Assembly: GCA_963666735.1 (NCBI GenBank)
Contig: OY762926.1
Location: 512,001-576,000, forward strand
Reading direction: 5' to 3'
DNA: 64,000 nucleotides
Source of the DNA: Gemmatimonadota bacterium
GTDB taxonomy: Bacteria > Gemmatimonadota > Gemmatimonadetes > Palauibacterales > Palauibacteraceae
Under the pieces are notes generated by a model, which saw nothing but the letters and a program-made list of their open reading frames with translations, did no database searches and was not told the origin of the DNA. Positions 46,050 through 57,079 of the stretch are shown here, one piece after another. Each line of letters begins with the position of its first letter. Position 1 is the stretch's first letter. Made by a program: the position numbers and the translations under genes.

Positions 46050-47839
46050 ACCGCCCGGGGTCGGGCGGCGTGCAGATCCTGCCCGACCATGTCGCGAACC
46101 AGATCGCGGCCGGCGAGGTCGTGGAGCGTCCCGCCTCCGTCGTCAAGGAACTCGCCGAGAACGCGGTCGATGCGGGGGCGCGTCGCGTCGAGGTCGCGCT
46201 CCGCAACGGAGGGAAGACCGAGATCCGGGTCTCGGACGACGGGAGCGGGATGAATCGCGAGGACGCGGTGCTCGCTCTGGACCGGCACGCGACGAGCAAG
46301 ATCCGGAGCGTGGATGATCTGCGGAGCGTCCGCTCCTTCGGCTTCCGGGGCGAGGCGCTGCCCTCCATTGCGGCGGTCAGCCGTTTCGAACTGCATACGG
46401 CGCTGAGCCCGGAAGAGGGCGTGCGTGCGCGGGTCGATTTCGGGCGCATCCGCAGCGTCGATGACGTGCCGCGCCGGCGGGGCACGACGGTGACGGTCCG
46501 CGCGCTGTTCCACGATCTGCCGGCGCGCGCAAAGTTCCTCGGGAGTTCGGCCGCCGAGTCCCGGGCCGCGGGCGAAGCGCTCGTGCTCCTCGCGCTTGCG
46601 AACCCCGCCGTCGGTTTCCGGCTCGAGTCGAACCGCCGCGCCTCCATGGATCTCGCCCCCGCCCGGGACTGGCTCGAACGGATCGGCCAGCTTTGGGGAG
46701 ACCTCGCCCCCACGCTCATTCCCGTGGAAGATGCGGGCGGCCCCGTGCGGGTCCGAGGCTTCGTCCAGCGGCCCGATGCGGCGCGCGCGAGGGGAGGGCG
46801 CCGCTACACGTTCGTGAACGGCCGCCCCTTTCGGGATCCCGCTCTCCTGCGGCTGGTGGATGACGCGTTCCGGACGACGGTCGTGGAGGGCGTTCGGCCG
46901 AGTCTCTTCCTGCGGATCGAGACGCCGCCCGCATCGGTGGATGTCAACGTCCACCCGGCCAAGGCGGAGGTGCGGTTCCGTGACCGCGAGAGCGTCGAGA
47001 CCGCCGTGCACGACGCGGTGCGGGCCGCGCTGGCGCGGCTCGATTCGACGAAACCGATGGGAGTCCCCGGCGACGCGGCCGACCCGGAGCGAGCCGATCG
47101 AACGTCCTCCCGCGGCCGCGCCCGGATACCCCGCGGCGAGCCGCCCGCGGAGATGCCGCAGTTCACGCTCTTCGTCTCGGGGCGCGACGACGCGGGCGAG
47201 CCGCCCGAGCCGGGGGGCGAAGCCGGCGCGAGCGGGGAGGGGGTCGCGGCCGAGGCTCCGTTCGTCGGCCCGGAACTGTGGCAACTCCACGACCGTTACA
47301 TTCTCGCGGCAACCCGCAACGGGCTCCTCATCGTCGACCAGCACTCGGCGCACGAACGCGTGCTCTACGAGGAGATCATGGCGCGGTTCGAGGCGGGGGG
47401 CGGCATCTCCCAGGCGCTCCTCTTTCCGGTCACCATGCAGTTCTCGCCTCCGGAAGCCGAGGCGCTCGAGGATCTCGCCGGATTGCTCGTTCGGCAGGGC
47501 TTCGAGCTGGAGCCGTTCGGCGAGCGGACCTGGATTCTGACGGCGGCCCCGCAGCCCCACGCCCGCTTCGACGCGGAGCGCTGCCTGCGCGAGATGGTGC
47601 GCGAACTGGCGGAGGGATCCCCGCTGGTGAATACGGCGCGCAGCCAGCACGAGCGCCTCGCGATGAGTATGGCGTGCAAGGGCGCGATCAAGGCGGGCGA
47701 GCACATCTCGCCGGAAGAGGCGAGGGAACTCTTCGACCGGTTGTTCGCCACCCCGCTGCCCGGACACGACGTCCATGGCCGCCCGACGATCGTGCGCCTG
47801 AGCGTCGAGGAGCTCGACCGGCGGTTCGGCCGCGGGTAG
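46046..47839 (+). CDS. mutL: DNA mismatch repair endonuclease MutL
   Basis: 'NQIAAGEVVERPASVVKEL', 'HATSKI', 'GFRGEAL', 'DVNVHPAKAEVRF', 'DQHSAHERVLYE', 'ACK', 'HGRP'. Confidence 0.97.
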   Translation: MNRPGSGGVQILPDHVANQIAAGEVVERPASVVKELAENAVDAGARRVEVALRNGGKTEIRVSDDGSGMNREDAVLALDRHATSKIRSVDDLRSVRSFGFRGEALPSIAAVSRFELHTALSPEEGVRARVDFGRIRSVDDVPRRRGTTVTVRALFHDLPARAKFLGSSAAESRAAGEALVLLALANPAVGFRLESNRRASMDLAPARDWLERIGQLWGDLAPTLIPVEDAGGPVRVRGFVQRPDAARARGGRRYTFVNGRPFRDPALLRLVDDAFRTTVVEGVRPSLFLRIETPPASVDVNVHPAKAEVRFRDRESVETAVHDAVRAALARLDSTKPMGVPGDAADPERADRTSSRGRARIPRGEPPAEMPQFTLFVSGRDDAGEPPEPGGEAGASGEGVAAEAPFVGPELWQLHDRYILAATRNGLLIVDQHSAHERVLYEEIMARFEAGGGISQALLFPVTMQFSPPEAEALEDLAGLLVRQGFELEPFGERTWILTAAPQPHARFDAERCLREMVRELAEGSPLVNTARSQHERLAMSMACKGAIKAGEHISPEEARELFDRLFATPLPGHDVHGRPTIVRLSVEELDRRFGRG

Positions 47840-47850
47840 GCGCCGCGCTC

Positions 47851-48795
47851 GTGGGGAGTTCTCCCGTGCCGGCCATCGCGGGCCCTACCGCCTCGGGCAA
47901 GACGTCCGTCGCCATCGAGGTCGCGCGCCGGCTGGACGGCGAGATCATCTCTCTGGACAGCCGCCAGGCGTACCGCGGCTTCGTCATCGGGACCGCGGCG
48001 CCCTCCGCGCGTGAACTCGCCGCCGCGCCGCACCACGGCGTCGGCTTTCTCGACCCGCACGAGCGCTACGGCGCCGGTCGCTTCGCCCGCCTGGCGGCTC
48101 GCTGGCTGTCCGAGATCCGGGCTCGGGGGTGCGTCCCCATCCTCGCCGGCGGGACCGGGCTGTTCCTTCGTGCGCTCACGCACCCGATGTTCGAGGAGCC
48201 CCCGCTTGACCCGGCGCGCCGCGCGGCGCTGCACGCCGGGCTGGACCGGCTCGAACGCGATGAACTGGTGCGCTGGGCGGCCCGCCTCGATCCGGTGCTG
48301 GCTGCGCGGCGGCGCCCGCTCGACCGGCAGCGAGCGGCGCGCACGGTGGAACTGGCGCTCCTGACGGGTGTGCCGCTGACCCGCTGGATGACGAGCGCGC
48401 CGGCCGAGCGTCCGCCGCTGCGGACCGCGACCTATGTGCTGGATTGGCCCGCGCCGCTCCTCCGCGAGCGGATCGCCCGCCGCGCCGAAGCGTTGATCCG
48501 GGGCGGCGCCTGGCCGGAGGAGGTGCGCGACCTCCTGGCACGCGGCCTCGACGGGTCGCGCGCCTTCGACGCGCTGGGCTACGCGGATGTCGCGGCGCTC
48601 GTCCGGGGCGAGGCCGGCGTGGACGAGACGGTCGATCGCGTGTCGAGAGCCACCTGGCGCTACGCGCGCCGGCAGCGGACGTGGTTCAGGCACCAAGTCC
48701 CCGAGGACGCGGTCGTGCTCGATTCGCTGGACGGGTCGACGACACCGGGACAACTTGCGCGCCGCATCGCAACAGACTGGCGCGAATCAGGATGA
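47851..48795 (+). CDS. miaA: tRNA (adenosine(37)-N6)-dimethylallyltransferase
   Basis: 'GPTASGKT', 'IISLDSRQAYRG..IGTA', 'GGTGLF', 'ALGY', 'TWRYARRQRTWF'; usual mutL-miaA order; start approximate. Confidence 0.93.
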   Translation: MGSSPVPAIAGPTASGKTSVAIEVARRLDGEIISLDSRQAYRGFVIGTAAPSARELAAAPHHGVGFLDPHERYGAGRFARLAARWLSEIRARGCVPILAGGTGLFLRALTHPMFEEPPLDPARRAALHAGLDRLERDELVRWAARLDPVLAARRRPLDRQRAARTVELALLTGVPLTRWMTSAPAERPPLRTATYVLDWPAPLLRERIARRAEALIRGGAWPEEVRDLLARGLDGSRAFDALGYADVAALVRGEAGVDETVDRVSRATWRYARRQRTWFRHQVPEDAVVLDSLDGSTTPGQLARRIATDWRESG

Positions 48796-48828
48796 AGACG
48801 GGACGGTGAAGACGATGACGGGGGGACG

Positions 48829-49986
48829 ATGAAGATCGGGATCACGTGCTATCCGACATACGGAGGCTCCGGGGCGGTCGCCACCGAGCTGGGGCTGGGC
48901 CTCGCGCGCAGGGGGCACGAGGTACACTTCATCTCCTATGCGCAGCCGTTCCGTCTCATTCACTTCATCGATGGCGTCTACTTCCACGAAGTCGAGGTCA
49001 ACCGCTACCCGCTGTTCGAATACCCCCCCTATTCGCTCGCGCTTGCCGTCACGATGCACGAAGTCGCACGGCGCGAGGCACTCGACCTCCTCCATGTGCA
49101 CTACGCGATCCCCCACGCCACGGCCGGATGGATCGCGCGCGACATGCTGCGGGACGGAGGCCGCGACGTGAAGCTCGTCACGACCCTGCACGGCACGGAC
49201 ATCACGCTCGTCGGCCAGGATCCGTCCTACTGGTCGATCACCCGCTTCTCGATCGAGAAGTCCGACCGGATCACCGCCGTCTCCGACTGGTTGCGCGAGC
49301 GGACGCACCGCGACTTCGACTGCGAACGCTGCGCGATCGAGGTCATCCCGAACTTCGTCGACCCGAAGATCTACGACCGCGACCGCTACCGGGGCCGGCA
49401 CCTCCTCGCACGGGCCGGAGAAAAGGTCGTGATGCACATCTCCAATTTCCGGGCCGTGAAGCGGATTCCGGACCTCATGCAGGTGTTTGCCCGGGTCGCG
49501 CACGCCGTGCCGGCTCGCCTCATCCTCGTGGGCGACGGTCCGGAGCGGCAGCGCGCCGCGGAGATTGCCGCGGACCTGGGTATCGCGGAGCGCGTCGTCT
49601 TCCTGGGCAAGATCGATTCCGTCGCCGAACTCCTCGCCAGCGCCGACCTCTTTCTCCTCCCGAGCGAGCAGGAATCCTTCGGTCTCGTGGCGCTGGAAGC
49701 GCAGGCGTCCGGCGTTCCCGTGGTGGGATCCTCCGGAACGGGCCTCGACGAGGTGGTGGAGCACGGCGTGACCGGCTACCTGCATCCGGTCGGAGCGGTC
49801 GAAGCGATGGCGGCATCGGCGATCTCGGTGCTGAGCGATCAGGCGCGCTGGGACGCGTTCTCCGGCGCGTCGCGGGATCGGGCCCTCGAACGCTTCACGA
49901 TTGACCGCATCGTCCCCCGCTACGAGTCGCTCTACCGCAGAGTCCTCGCCGAAGGGGATGACGACCCGGGGGAGCCGGCGGCGTGA
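48829..49986 (+). CDS. bshA: N-acetyl-alpha-D-glucosaminyl L-malate synthase
   Basis: 'MKIGITCYPTYGGSGAVATELG', 'YPLFEYPPY', 'HVHYAIPHA', 'TTLHGTDIT', 'HISNFR.VKR', 'ESFGLVALEA'. Confidence 0.95.
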   Translation: MKIGITCYPTYGGSGAVATELGLGLARRGHEVHFISYAQPFRLIHFIDGVYFHEVEVNRYPLFEYPPYSLALAVTMHEVARREALDLLHVHYAIPHATAGWIARDMLRDGGRDVKLVTTLHGTDITLVGQDPSYWSITRFSIEKSDRITAVSDWLRERTHRDFDCERCAIEVIPNFVDPKIYDRDRYRGRHLLARAGEKVVMHISNFRAVKRIPDLMQVFARVAHAVPARLILVGDGPERQRAAEIAADLGIAERVVFLGKIDSVAELLASADLFLLPSEQESFGLVALEAQASGVPVVGSSGTGLDEVVEHGVTGYLHPVGAVEAMAASAISVLSDQARWDAFSGASRDRALERFTIDRIVPRYESLYRRVLAEGDDDPGEPAA

Positions 49987-50783
49987 ACCCGTTCGAAGCC
50001 TTTGTCCTCGGCGTCGTCCAGGGCCTCACGGAGTTCCTGCCCGTGTCGAGTTCCGGGCATCTCGTGCTCGGGCAGGCGCTGTTCGGGGTCGAGCTCCCCG
50101 GGGTCGTGTTCGAGGTCACCGTCCACGTCGCGACGCTGTGCGCCGTGTGCTGGGTCTATCGCGGACGCGTCGCCGCGCTGGTGCGGGGCGCGTGTACGGG
50201 GGATCGAGCGAGCATGAGGGATGTCGGACTCCTGGCCGTGGCCACGCTTCCGGCCGCCGCCGTCGGGGTCGGCCTGCGGGACGCGCTGGAGCCCACGTTC
50301 GAGCGGCCGGTGCTCGCGGCGGCGATGCTTCTGGTCACGGGCACCGTCGTCTGGTCGATCCGGCACCTGTCTCGCCGGGCAACTGGCGCGCGGCCGACGG
50401 CCGGCGGGGCGCTGGCGATCGGTCTCGCGCAGGCCGCCGCCATCCTGCCCGGCATTTCGCGTTCGGGGAGTACCGTGGCCGCGGCGGCCGCCGCCGGCGT
50501 CGAACCCCGCCGCGCGGCCGAGTTCTCCTTTCTCCTCTCCATCCCCGCGATCGGAGGGGCGGCGGTGTTGCAGGCGCCGGATCTCGGGGAGGCGGGACTC
50601 GCGGTCGGGGTTCTGCCCCTCGCGGTCGCCTTCGCAGCTTCGGCCCTGTCAGGGGTCTTCGCCATTCGTATCTTCCTGAGGATGCTTGAACGGCGCGTAT
50701 TCCACCGCTTCGCCTGGTACTGCTGGTTCATCGGCGGGGGGTACCTTGCGGCGGCCGCGATCTGGCCGGCGCTTCGCGGATGA
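49983..50783 (+). CDS. uppP: Undecaprenyl-diphosphate phosphatase
   Basis: 'LGVVQGLTEFLPVSSSGHL', 'PGISRSGST', 'AAEFSFLLSIP'. Confidence 0.95.
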   Translation: MNPFEAFVLGVVQGLTEFLPVSSSGHLVLGQALFGVELPGVVFEVTVHVATLCAVCWVYRGRVAALVRGACTGDRASMRDVGLLAVATLPAAAVGVGLRDALEPTFERPVLAAAMLLVTGTVVWSIRHLSRRATGARPTAGGALAIGLAQAAAILPGISRSGSTVAAAAAAGVEPRRAAEFSFLLSIPAIGGAAVLQAPDLGEAGLAVGVLPLAVAFAASALSGVFAIRIFLRMLERRVFHRFAWYCWFIGGGYLAAAAIWPALRG

Positions 50784-50790
50784 CCGTTGA

Positions 50791-51609
50791 ATGACTGAAG
50801 TCGGAGCGACGATGCTCGCAGAAGAGGCAGAAGGCTGGGCCGGGGAGCCCGTCGCCGCGCTGCGTGAGCGCTGGGACCGGGAGCCGGTCTTCGCCTTCGG
50901 CCGCATCCCTTCGACGAACGATCTCGCCCGTGAACTGGCGGAAGCCGGAACGCCGTCCGGCACGATCGTGCTCTGCCACGAGCAGACGGCCGGGCGGGGA
51001 AGGGCGGGCCGGAATTGGAGGTCACCGGCGGGAGCGGGCCTCTATCTCAGCATGGTGTTTCGCCCGAGTGCGGCCGCGGTGCCGCCGCTCGTCACGGTCG
51101 TGGCCGGCGTCGATCTCGCCCGCGAACTGAACCGGCGCTTCCCGGGCCTCGGCTTGGCCGTGAAGTGGCCCAACGACCTCATGGCGCGGGAGCGGAAGCT
51201 CGGCGGCATCCTGGCGGAGACGACCCGGGACGGCGGCAGGGATGTGTTCCTCGTCGTCGGCGTCGGCGTCAACGTCGAGGCCGGCCGGCTGCCGAACGAT
51301 GTCGACGGAGCGGTGGCCCTGGCCGACTGCGTGGATCCGGCGCCTCTCGTCGACGTCGCGGATGCGGTCGTGGCGGGACTCGAGCGGCGGCTCCCGCGCG
51401 TGCCGACTTCGCTCGACGCGGCGTCGCTCGATGAACTCGACCGTCTCGACTGGTTGAAGAATCGCTGGGTCGAGCACCGGCTCTCGGACCGCGAACCCGC
51501 CATCGGCCTCGCGGCCGGCATCGCCCCGGACGGCGCCCTCCTGCTGCGGCCGCGCGGGGGTGCCCTGCGCCGTGTCGTCGCGGGCTCCATCGCTCTTGGC
51601 GGAAGCTGA
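50791..51609 (+). CDS. birA: Biotin--[acetyl-CoA-carboxylase] ligase (no HTH domain)
   Basis: 'STND', 'QTAGRGRAGRNW.SP', 'KWPND', 'KLGGIL', 'GVGVN'. Confidence 0.92.
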   Translation: MTEVGATMLAEEAEGWAGEPVAALRERWDREPVFAFGRIPSTNDLARELAEAGTPSGTIVLCHEQTAGRGRAGRNWRSPAGAGLYLSMVFRPSAAAVPPLVTVVAGVDLARELNRRFPGLGLAVKWPNDLMARERKLGGILAETTRDGGRDVFLVVGVGVNVEAGRLPNDVDGAVALADCVDPAPLVDVADAVVAGLERRLPRVPTSLDAASLDELDRLDWLKNRWVEHRLSDREPAIGLAAGIAPDGALLLRPRGGALRRVVAGSIALGGS

Positions 51610-51613
51610 TCTC

Positions 51614-52384
51614 ATGCTCCTCACCGTAGACATCGGGAATACCGAATCCGTCCTCGGGTGGTTCGAGGATCTCACCCCCGTGCACACGTGGCGGATCTCG
51701 ACGGACCGGCGTCGAACGGCGGACGAGATCGGCTTCCAGCTGCGGGGGCTCCTCGGGGCGCGGAAACTGCCGGCTCCGGAGCGGATCGTCGTCGCCTCCG
51801 TCGTCCCCGCGCTGCACCGGGTCTGGCTGGCGGCGGGAAAAAGCCTCGACGCGCCGCTGCGCTTCCTCAACGGCGGTTCTCCCATCCCGGTCCGGCTGGA
51901 TGTCGACCACCCGCTCGAAGTCGGCGCGGATCGCATCGCGAATACGCTCGCCGCGGCGGAACTCTACCGTCGCGACACCGTCGTCGTGGATCTCGGGACG
52001 GCGACCACCTTCGATTGCATTACGGCGGATGGCGTCTTCGTGGGCGGAGTCATCGCGCCCGGTCCCACGGCCGGCACGGACCAGCTCGCGCGCGCGACGG
52101 CGCAACTCCCCCAGATCCATGTGGAGAAGCCGGCCCGGGTCATCGGCCGCAACACGCAGGACTGTCTCTTGAGCGGCGGGTTCTACTCGGTGGTGGAAGG
52201 GATCGACGGCATCGTGGCGCGGATCGTCGAGGAATGGGAGCGCGAGCCGCTCATCGTCGCGACGGGCGGACTCGCGCGGGTCGTGGGGCCGCACTGCCGC
52301 ACCGTGGACCGCATCGAGCCGGCGCTCACGATCACCGGCCTCGCGATCGCGGACCGATACCTGTTCGGGCCGCCCGCCGGCTAG
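51614..52384 (+). CDS. coaX: Type III pantothenate kinase
   Basis: 'LTVDIGNT', 'ASVVP', 'VGADRIAN', 'VVDLGTATTFD', 'GGVIAPG', 'VATGG'. Confidence 0.95.
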   Translation: MLLTVDIGNTESVLGWFEDLTPVHTWRISTDRRRTADEIGFQLRGLLGARKLPAPERIVVASVVPALHRVWLAAGKSLDAPLRFLNGGSPIPVRLDVDHPLEVGADRIANTLAAAELYRRDTVVVDLGTATTFDCITADGVFVGGVIAPGPTAGTDQLARATAQLPQIHVEKPARVIGRNTQDCLLSGGFYSVVEGIDGIVARIVEEWEREPLIVATGGLARVVGPHCRTVDRIEPALTITGLAIADRYLFGPPAG

Positions 52385-52387
52385 CGG

Positions 52388-52612
52388 CTAGCTTCCGGAG
52401 CCGCGGAAGAAAGCGGCGCCTCCGCAGCACTTCTCCTTCATCTTTTCCGCGAACTCAGGATTGATCATCCGCACGATCAGGTAGAAGATCGCGACGAAGA
52501 GCGCGACCTTAACGACCATCCACACCAGGGGCAGGACGACGGAGAAGAGGATTCCCGTCACCCACAGACCCGCCGCGCCCGCGGCCACAAGCACTACTGC
52601 TGCACGAAACAT
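52388..52612 (-). CDS. Small hypothetical membrane protein (74 aa)
   Basis: SD GGGAGG before ATG 52612; two hydrophobic helices, then 'KMKEKCCGG'. Confidence 0.7.
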   Translation of the reverse strand: MFRAAVVLVAAGAAGLWVTGILFSVVLPLVWMVVKVALFVAIFYLIVRMINPEFAEKMKEKCCGGAAFFRGSGS

Positions 52613-52751
52613 GTCGACCTCCCTTTCTGGCCCGCACGTACGATAGGTGTACGGGGCGGGTTTCATAACCCCCGGACCGGTTCCGCGGCCGGCCCGCCGC
52701 CCGATGCCGCCGCCGCTCTTGCCGCCGCTCCCGCCGGCCGGCCGACGCCTC

Positions 52752-52780
52752 TTGATCGGAGCGGTGCGTCCGCATATGTT
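52752..52780 (+). promoter_or_regulatory. sigma70 promoter of groESL
   Basis: TTGATC-17 nt-TATGTT immediately upstream of CIRCE. Confidence 0.65.
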
Positions 52781-52789
52781 CGGCTCGCC

Positions 52790-52816
52790 TTAGCACTCGT
52801 TGCGCCAGAGTGCTAA
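52790..52816 (+). promoter_or_regulatory. CIRCE element (HrcA operator)
   Basis: Perfect TTAGCACTC-N9-GAGTGCTAA upstream of groES. Confidence 0.97.
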
Positions 52817-52889
52817 CAGCCGCGAGATCCCTCGCGGCTTTCATCGGAAGGATCACCCAACACCGAAGGTCCAAGGAGGGACAGGCAAG

Positions 52890-53198
52890 ATGGCAACCGC
52901 CTCGAACACGAAACTGAACATCTCCCCCATGGCCGACCGCATCGTCGTCGCGCCGCTCGAAGAGACCGAGGAGATGCGCGGTGGTCTGTACATTCCGGAC
53001 ACCGCCAAGGAAAAGCCGCAGCAGGGCACCGTCGTCGCCGTGGGCCCCGGCCGCATGAACGACGACGGCGAACGCATCCCGATGGAAGTCGGCACCGGAG
53101 ACCGGGTTCTCTACGGCAAGTACGCCGGGACCGAGGTTTCGCTGGATGGTGACGACTACCTGATCGTGAAGGAAAGCGACGTTCTGGCCGTCCTCTAG
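52890..53198 (+). CDS. groES: Co-chaperonin GroES
   Basis: 'PMADRIVV', 'GGLYIPDTAKEKPQQGTVVAVGPG', 'GDRVLYGKYAGTEV'. Confidence 0.97.
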   Translation: MATASNTKLNISPMADRIVVAPLEETEEMRGGLYIPDTAKEKPQQGTVVAVGPGRMNDDGERIPMEVGTGDRVLYGKYAGTEVSLDGDDYLIVKESDVLAVL

Positions 53199-53251
53199 CC
53201 GCTGAAGCGGGAGACGGCGGGTCAAACCCGTTGACTGATGTGCCCGAATAA

Positions 53252-54913
<1,662 letters not shown>

Positions 54914-54971
54914 CAAGCCCGTGATGGGGACGGGAAGCCGTCCCCGCCGTTTCCGGTGTTGGAAGGCACGA

Positions 54972-54995
54972 AAGGCCCGGCTTCGGCCGGGCCTT
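54972..54995 (+). terminator. Hairpin downstream of groEL (probable terminator)
   Basis: AAGGCCCGGC-TTCG-GCCGGGCCTT, perfect 10-bp stem with cUUCGg loop; weak U tail. Confidence 0.6.
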
Positions 54996-55030
54996 CGCGC
55001 ATCTGCCCCCCGCGGTTAGGATGTCGCGCG

Positions 55031-56926
55031 ATGCTGTTGCCCAGATTCGACTCCGGACCTCCCATGGCTCGCGCGGGCGTCGCGCGGAAGGCGCTGTGGA
55101 TCGCTGCCCTGGCGCCGCTGGCCTGCGCGGATGCGACGGGCCCCGACGGAGACCTCTGTCCCGCCGTGGCGGGGCGCGGCGCCACCCGCGTCACGCTGGC
55201 TCTCGCGGCGGGGGAGATGTGCGTGCTGCCGGCGGCAGGCGTCCAGGTCATGGAGATCGGGGCAGCCAACGCCTCGGCAGCGTATCTGATGGTCGTGCAG
55301 AGCGGCCTGCGCACGCCGGGGGCGACGACGCGGCTCCGGCTCGATGTCCGGGCGAGGGGGGCGGCGGCCGCACGGGTCCCCCCGCTCGTCGCTCCGGCAC
55401 GCGCGATGCCGGTCGACGAGTTCGGCGTCGATGACGACAGACTCGGCCTCGCGGAGGCGTCGCGGGCCGAACTCGCCTTCCGGGCGAATGCCCGCCGCGC
55501 CGTGCTCGGCGCGCGCCCGCTCCGCCAGGTGCCCGCCGGGGCGCGGGATCCGGGCATGGTGCGAGCGAACGCGGCCCTCGCCGGCACGACGGCCCCCTCG
55601 GTCGGCGACACGGTGATCTTCAGCAACGCGGTGCATCCGAATCTCGACGTGGACTGCGATGGGATCCACGACGTGACGGCGGTCGTCCGCGCGGTGGGCC
55701 CGACCTTCGCGGTCGTCGAGGATCTCGATGGGGCCGGCGTCGTGCGCGGCGGCGGTTACGATGCCGTTCTCGAATCGCTCGAACGATCGGTCTTCCCCGT
55801 GCTCTCGGCGTATTTCGGCGAGCCTGCGGATATCGACGGGAACGGCGTCGTCTGGGTCCTGTTCACGCCGGTCGTGAACCGGACCACGCCTCGCGGCAGC
55901 GACACCAGGATCCTGGGGTTCTTCAATCCGGCCGACCTGGCCGATCCCGAGGACTGCCCGGCGTCCAACGGCGGGGAGATCCTCTACCTGCTTGCCGCCG
56001 ATCCCGACGGCCGGTTCTCGAAGCCCGTACCCGCGAGATTCGCGACGACCGGGGCGATCGGGGTGGCCGCGCACGAACTGGCGCACCTCGTTTCGGCCGA
56101 ACGCCGCACGGTGCTGGCCCCGGGATCGTTCGCATCTCTCGAGGTCACCTGGCTGAGCGAGGCGCTGGCTCATTCGGCGGAGACGTTCGTCGGGATGTCG
56201 GGCGCGTCCCTGCGCCCCGGCGGCAACTACGGCTTCGCGCAACTCTCCGCCAATTCCGACCGCTTCGAAGCCTACCACTTCCCGAACCTCCGACGCTCCG
56301 CAATCTACCTGCTCGGTCCGCACCGGACCCCCGCGCTGGGTGACGCCAGGGCGCGCGACCCCGCAGGAGTGTCCTCGCTCGCGATGCGAGGCTTCGGGTG
56401 GCTCTTCCTGCGCTGGCTCGCGGATCAGTACGCGACGGAGGGCGGCGGACTGCTCGGCGGAGCGGCGGAGGAGGCCATCTTCCACGACCTGGCGGGAGGG
56501 GGGAACGGACGCGCGCGGGGCGCGGAGAACGTCGAGCGGGTCGCGTCGGCGTACGGCGGGCCGACCACGTGGGAAGACCTGCTGGCGGCCTGGGCCCTGG
56601 CCCCGATCGCCGACGACCGGCCCGGCGCTCCCCCCTCGAGCCAGGTGAAGACATTGCATCTTCGGGATGTGTTCGCCGCCCTGCACCGGGAACTGGACGG
56701 GAAGGCTCCCTTTGCGAGCGCTTTCCCGCTCCGGGCGATGGACGTTCCGCTCGCCGCCGGGACGGATGCCCGAATCGACTTCGAACTCGGCGCCTCGACG
56801 GGATATTATCTGCAGCTTGAGAGCGAGGGGCCACACCCGGAGATCCGCCTGGATCTCACGACCCGGGCCGGGCTTTCCATCCCCTCGTCCGAGGCCGTCC
56901 GCATCGTCGTGCTCCGGACTCGTTGA
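55031..56926 (+). CDS. Lipoprotein zinc metallopeptidase, M30/hyicolysin-like (paralog 1)
   Basis: Lipobox 'PLAC'; 'YFGEPADIDGNG', 'CPASNGGEILY', 'AAHELAHL', 'WLSEALAH..E'. Start ATG 55031 (after TAGGAT) or 55064. Confidence 0.8.
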   Translation: MLLPRFDSGPPMARAGVARKALWIAALAPLACADATGPDGDLCPAVAGRGATRVTLALAAGEMCVLPAAGVQVMEIGAANASAAYLMVVQSGLRTPGATTRLRLDVRARGAAAARVPPLVAPARAMPVDEFGVDDDRLGLAEASRAELAFRANARRAVLGARPLRQVPAGARDPGMVRANAALAGTTAPSVGDTVIFSNAVHPNLDVDCDGIHDVTAVVRAVGPTFAVVEDLDGAGVVRGGGYDAVLESLERSVFPVLSAYFGEPADIDGNGVVWVLFTPVVNRTTPRGSDTRILGFFNPADLADPEDCPASNGGEILYLLAADPDGRFSKPVPARFATTGAIGVAAHELAHLVSAERRTVLAPGSFASLEVTWLSEALAHSAETFVGMSGASLRPGGNYGFAQLSANSDRFEAYHFPNLRRSAIYLLGPHRTPALGDARARDPAGVSSLAMRGFGWLFLRWLADQYATEGGGLLGGAAEEAIFHDLAGGGNGRARGAENVERVASAYGGPTTWEDLLAAWALAPIADDRPGAPPSSQVKTLHLRDVFAALHRELDGKAPFASAFPLRAMDVPLAAGTDARIDFELGASTGYYLQLESEGPHPEIRLDLTTRAGLSIPSSEAVRIVVLRTR

Positions 56927-57079
56927 CCTCGCGGAGGCCGGGGGGGCGCGCGAGCGCTTCGTCCGTCTTCTCGGGCACGGATCCTGAAGGGCGGGTATCT
57001 TGGCCTCGGGAGGGGCCGGCCGGTCCCGGGAGTCGGCCGTCGCATGGACCGTGGCAGGGAGATCGACTGTGAGACACGC

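Noticed and set aside
52675..52750. C-rich GCC low-complexity tract upstream of groES
   Set aside because: No consistent period or stable unique structure; ordinary high-GC intergenic sequence.
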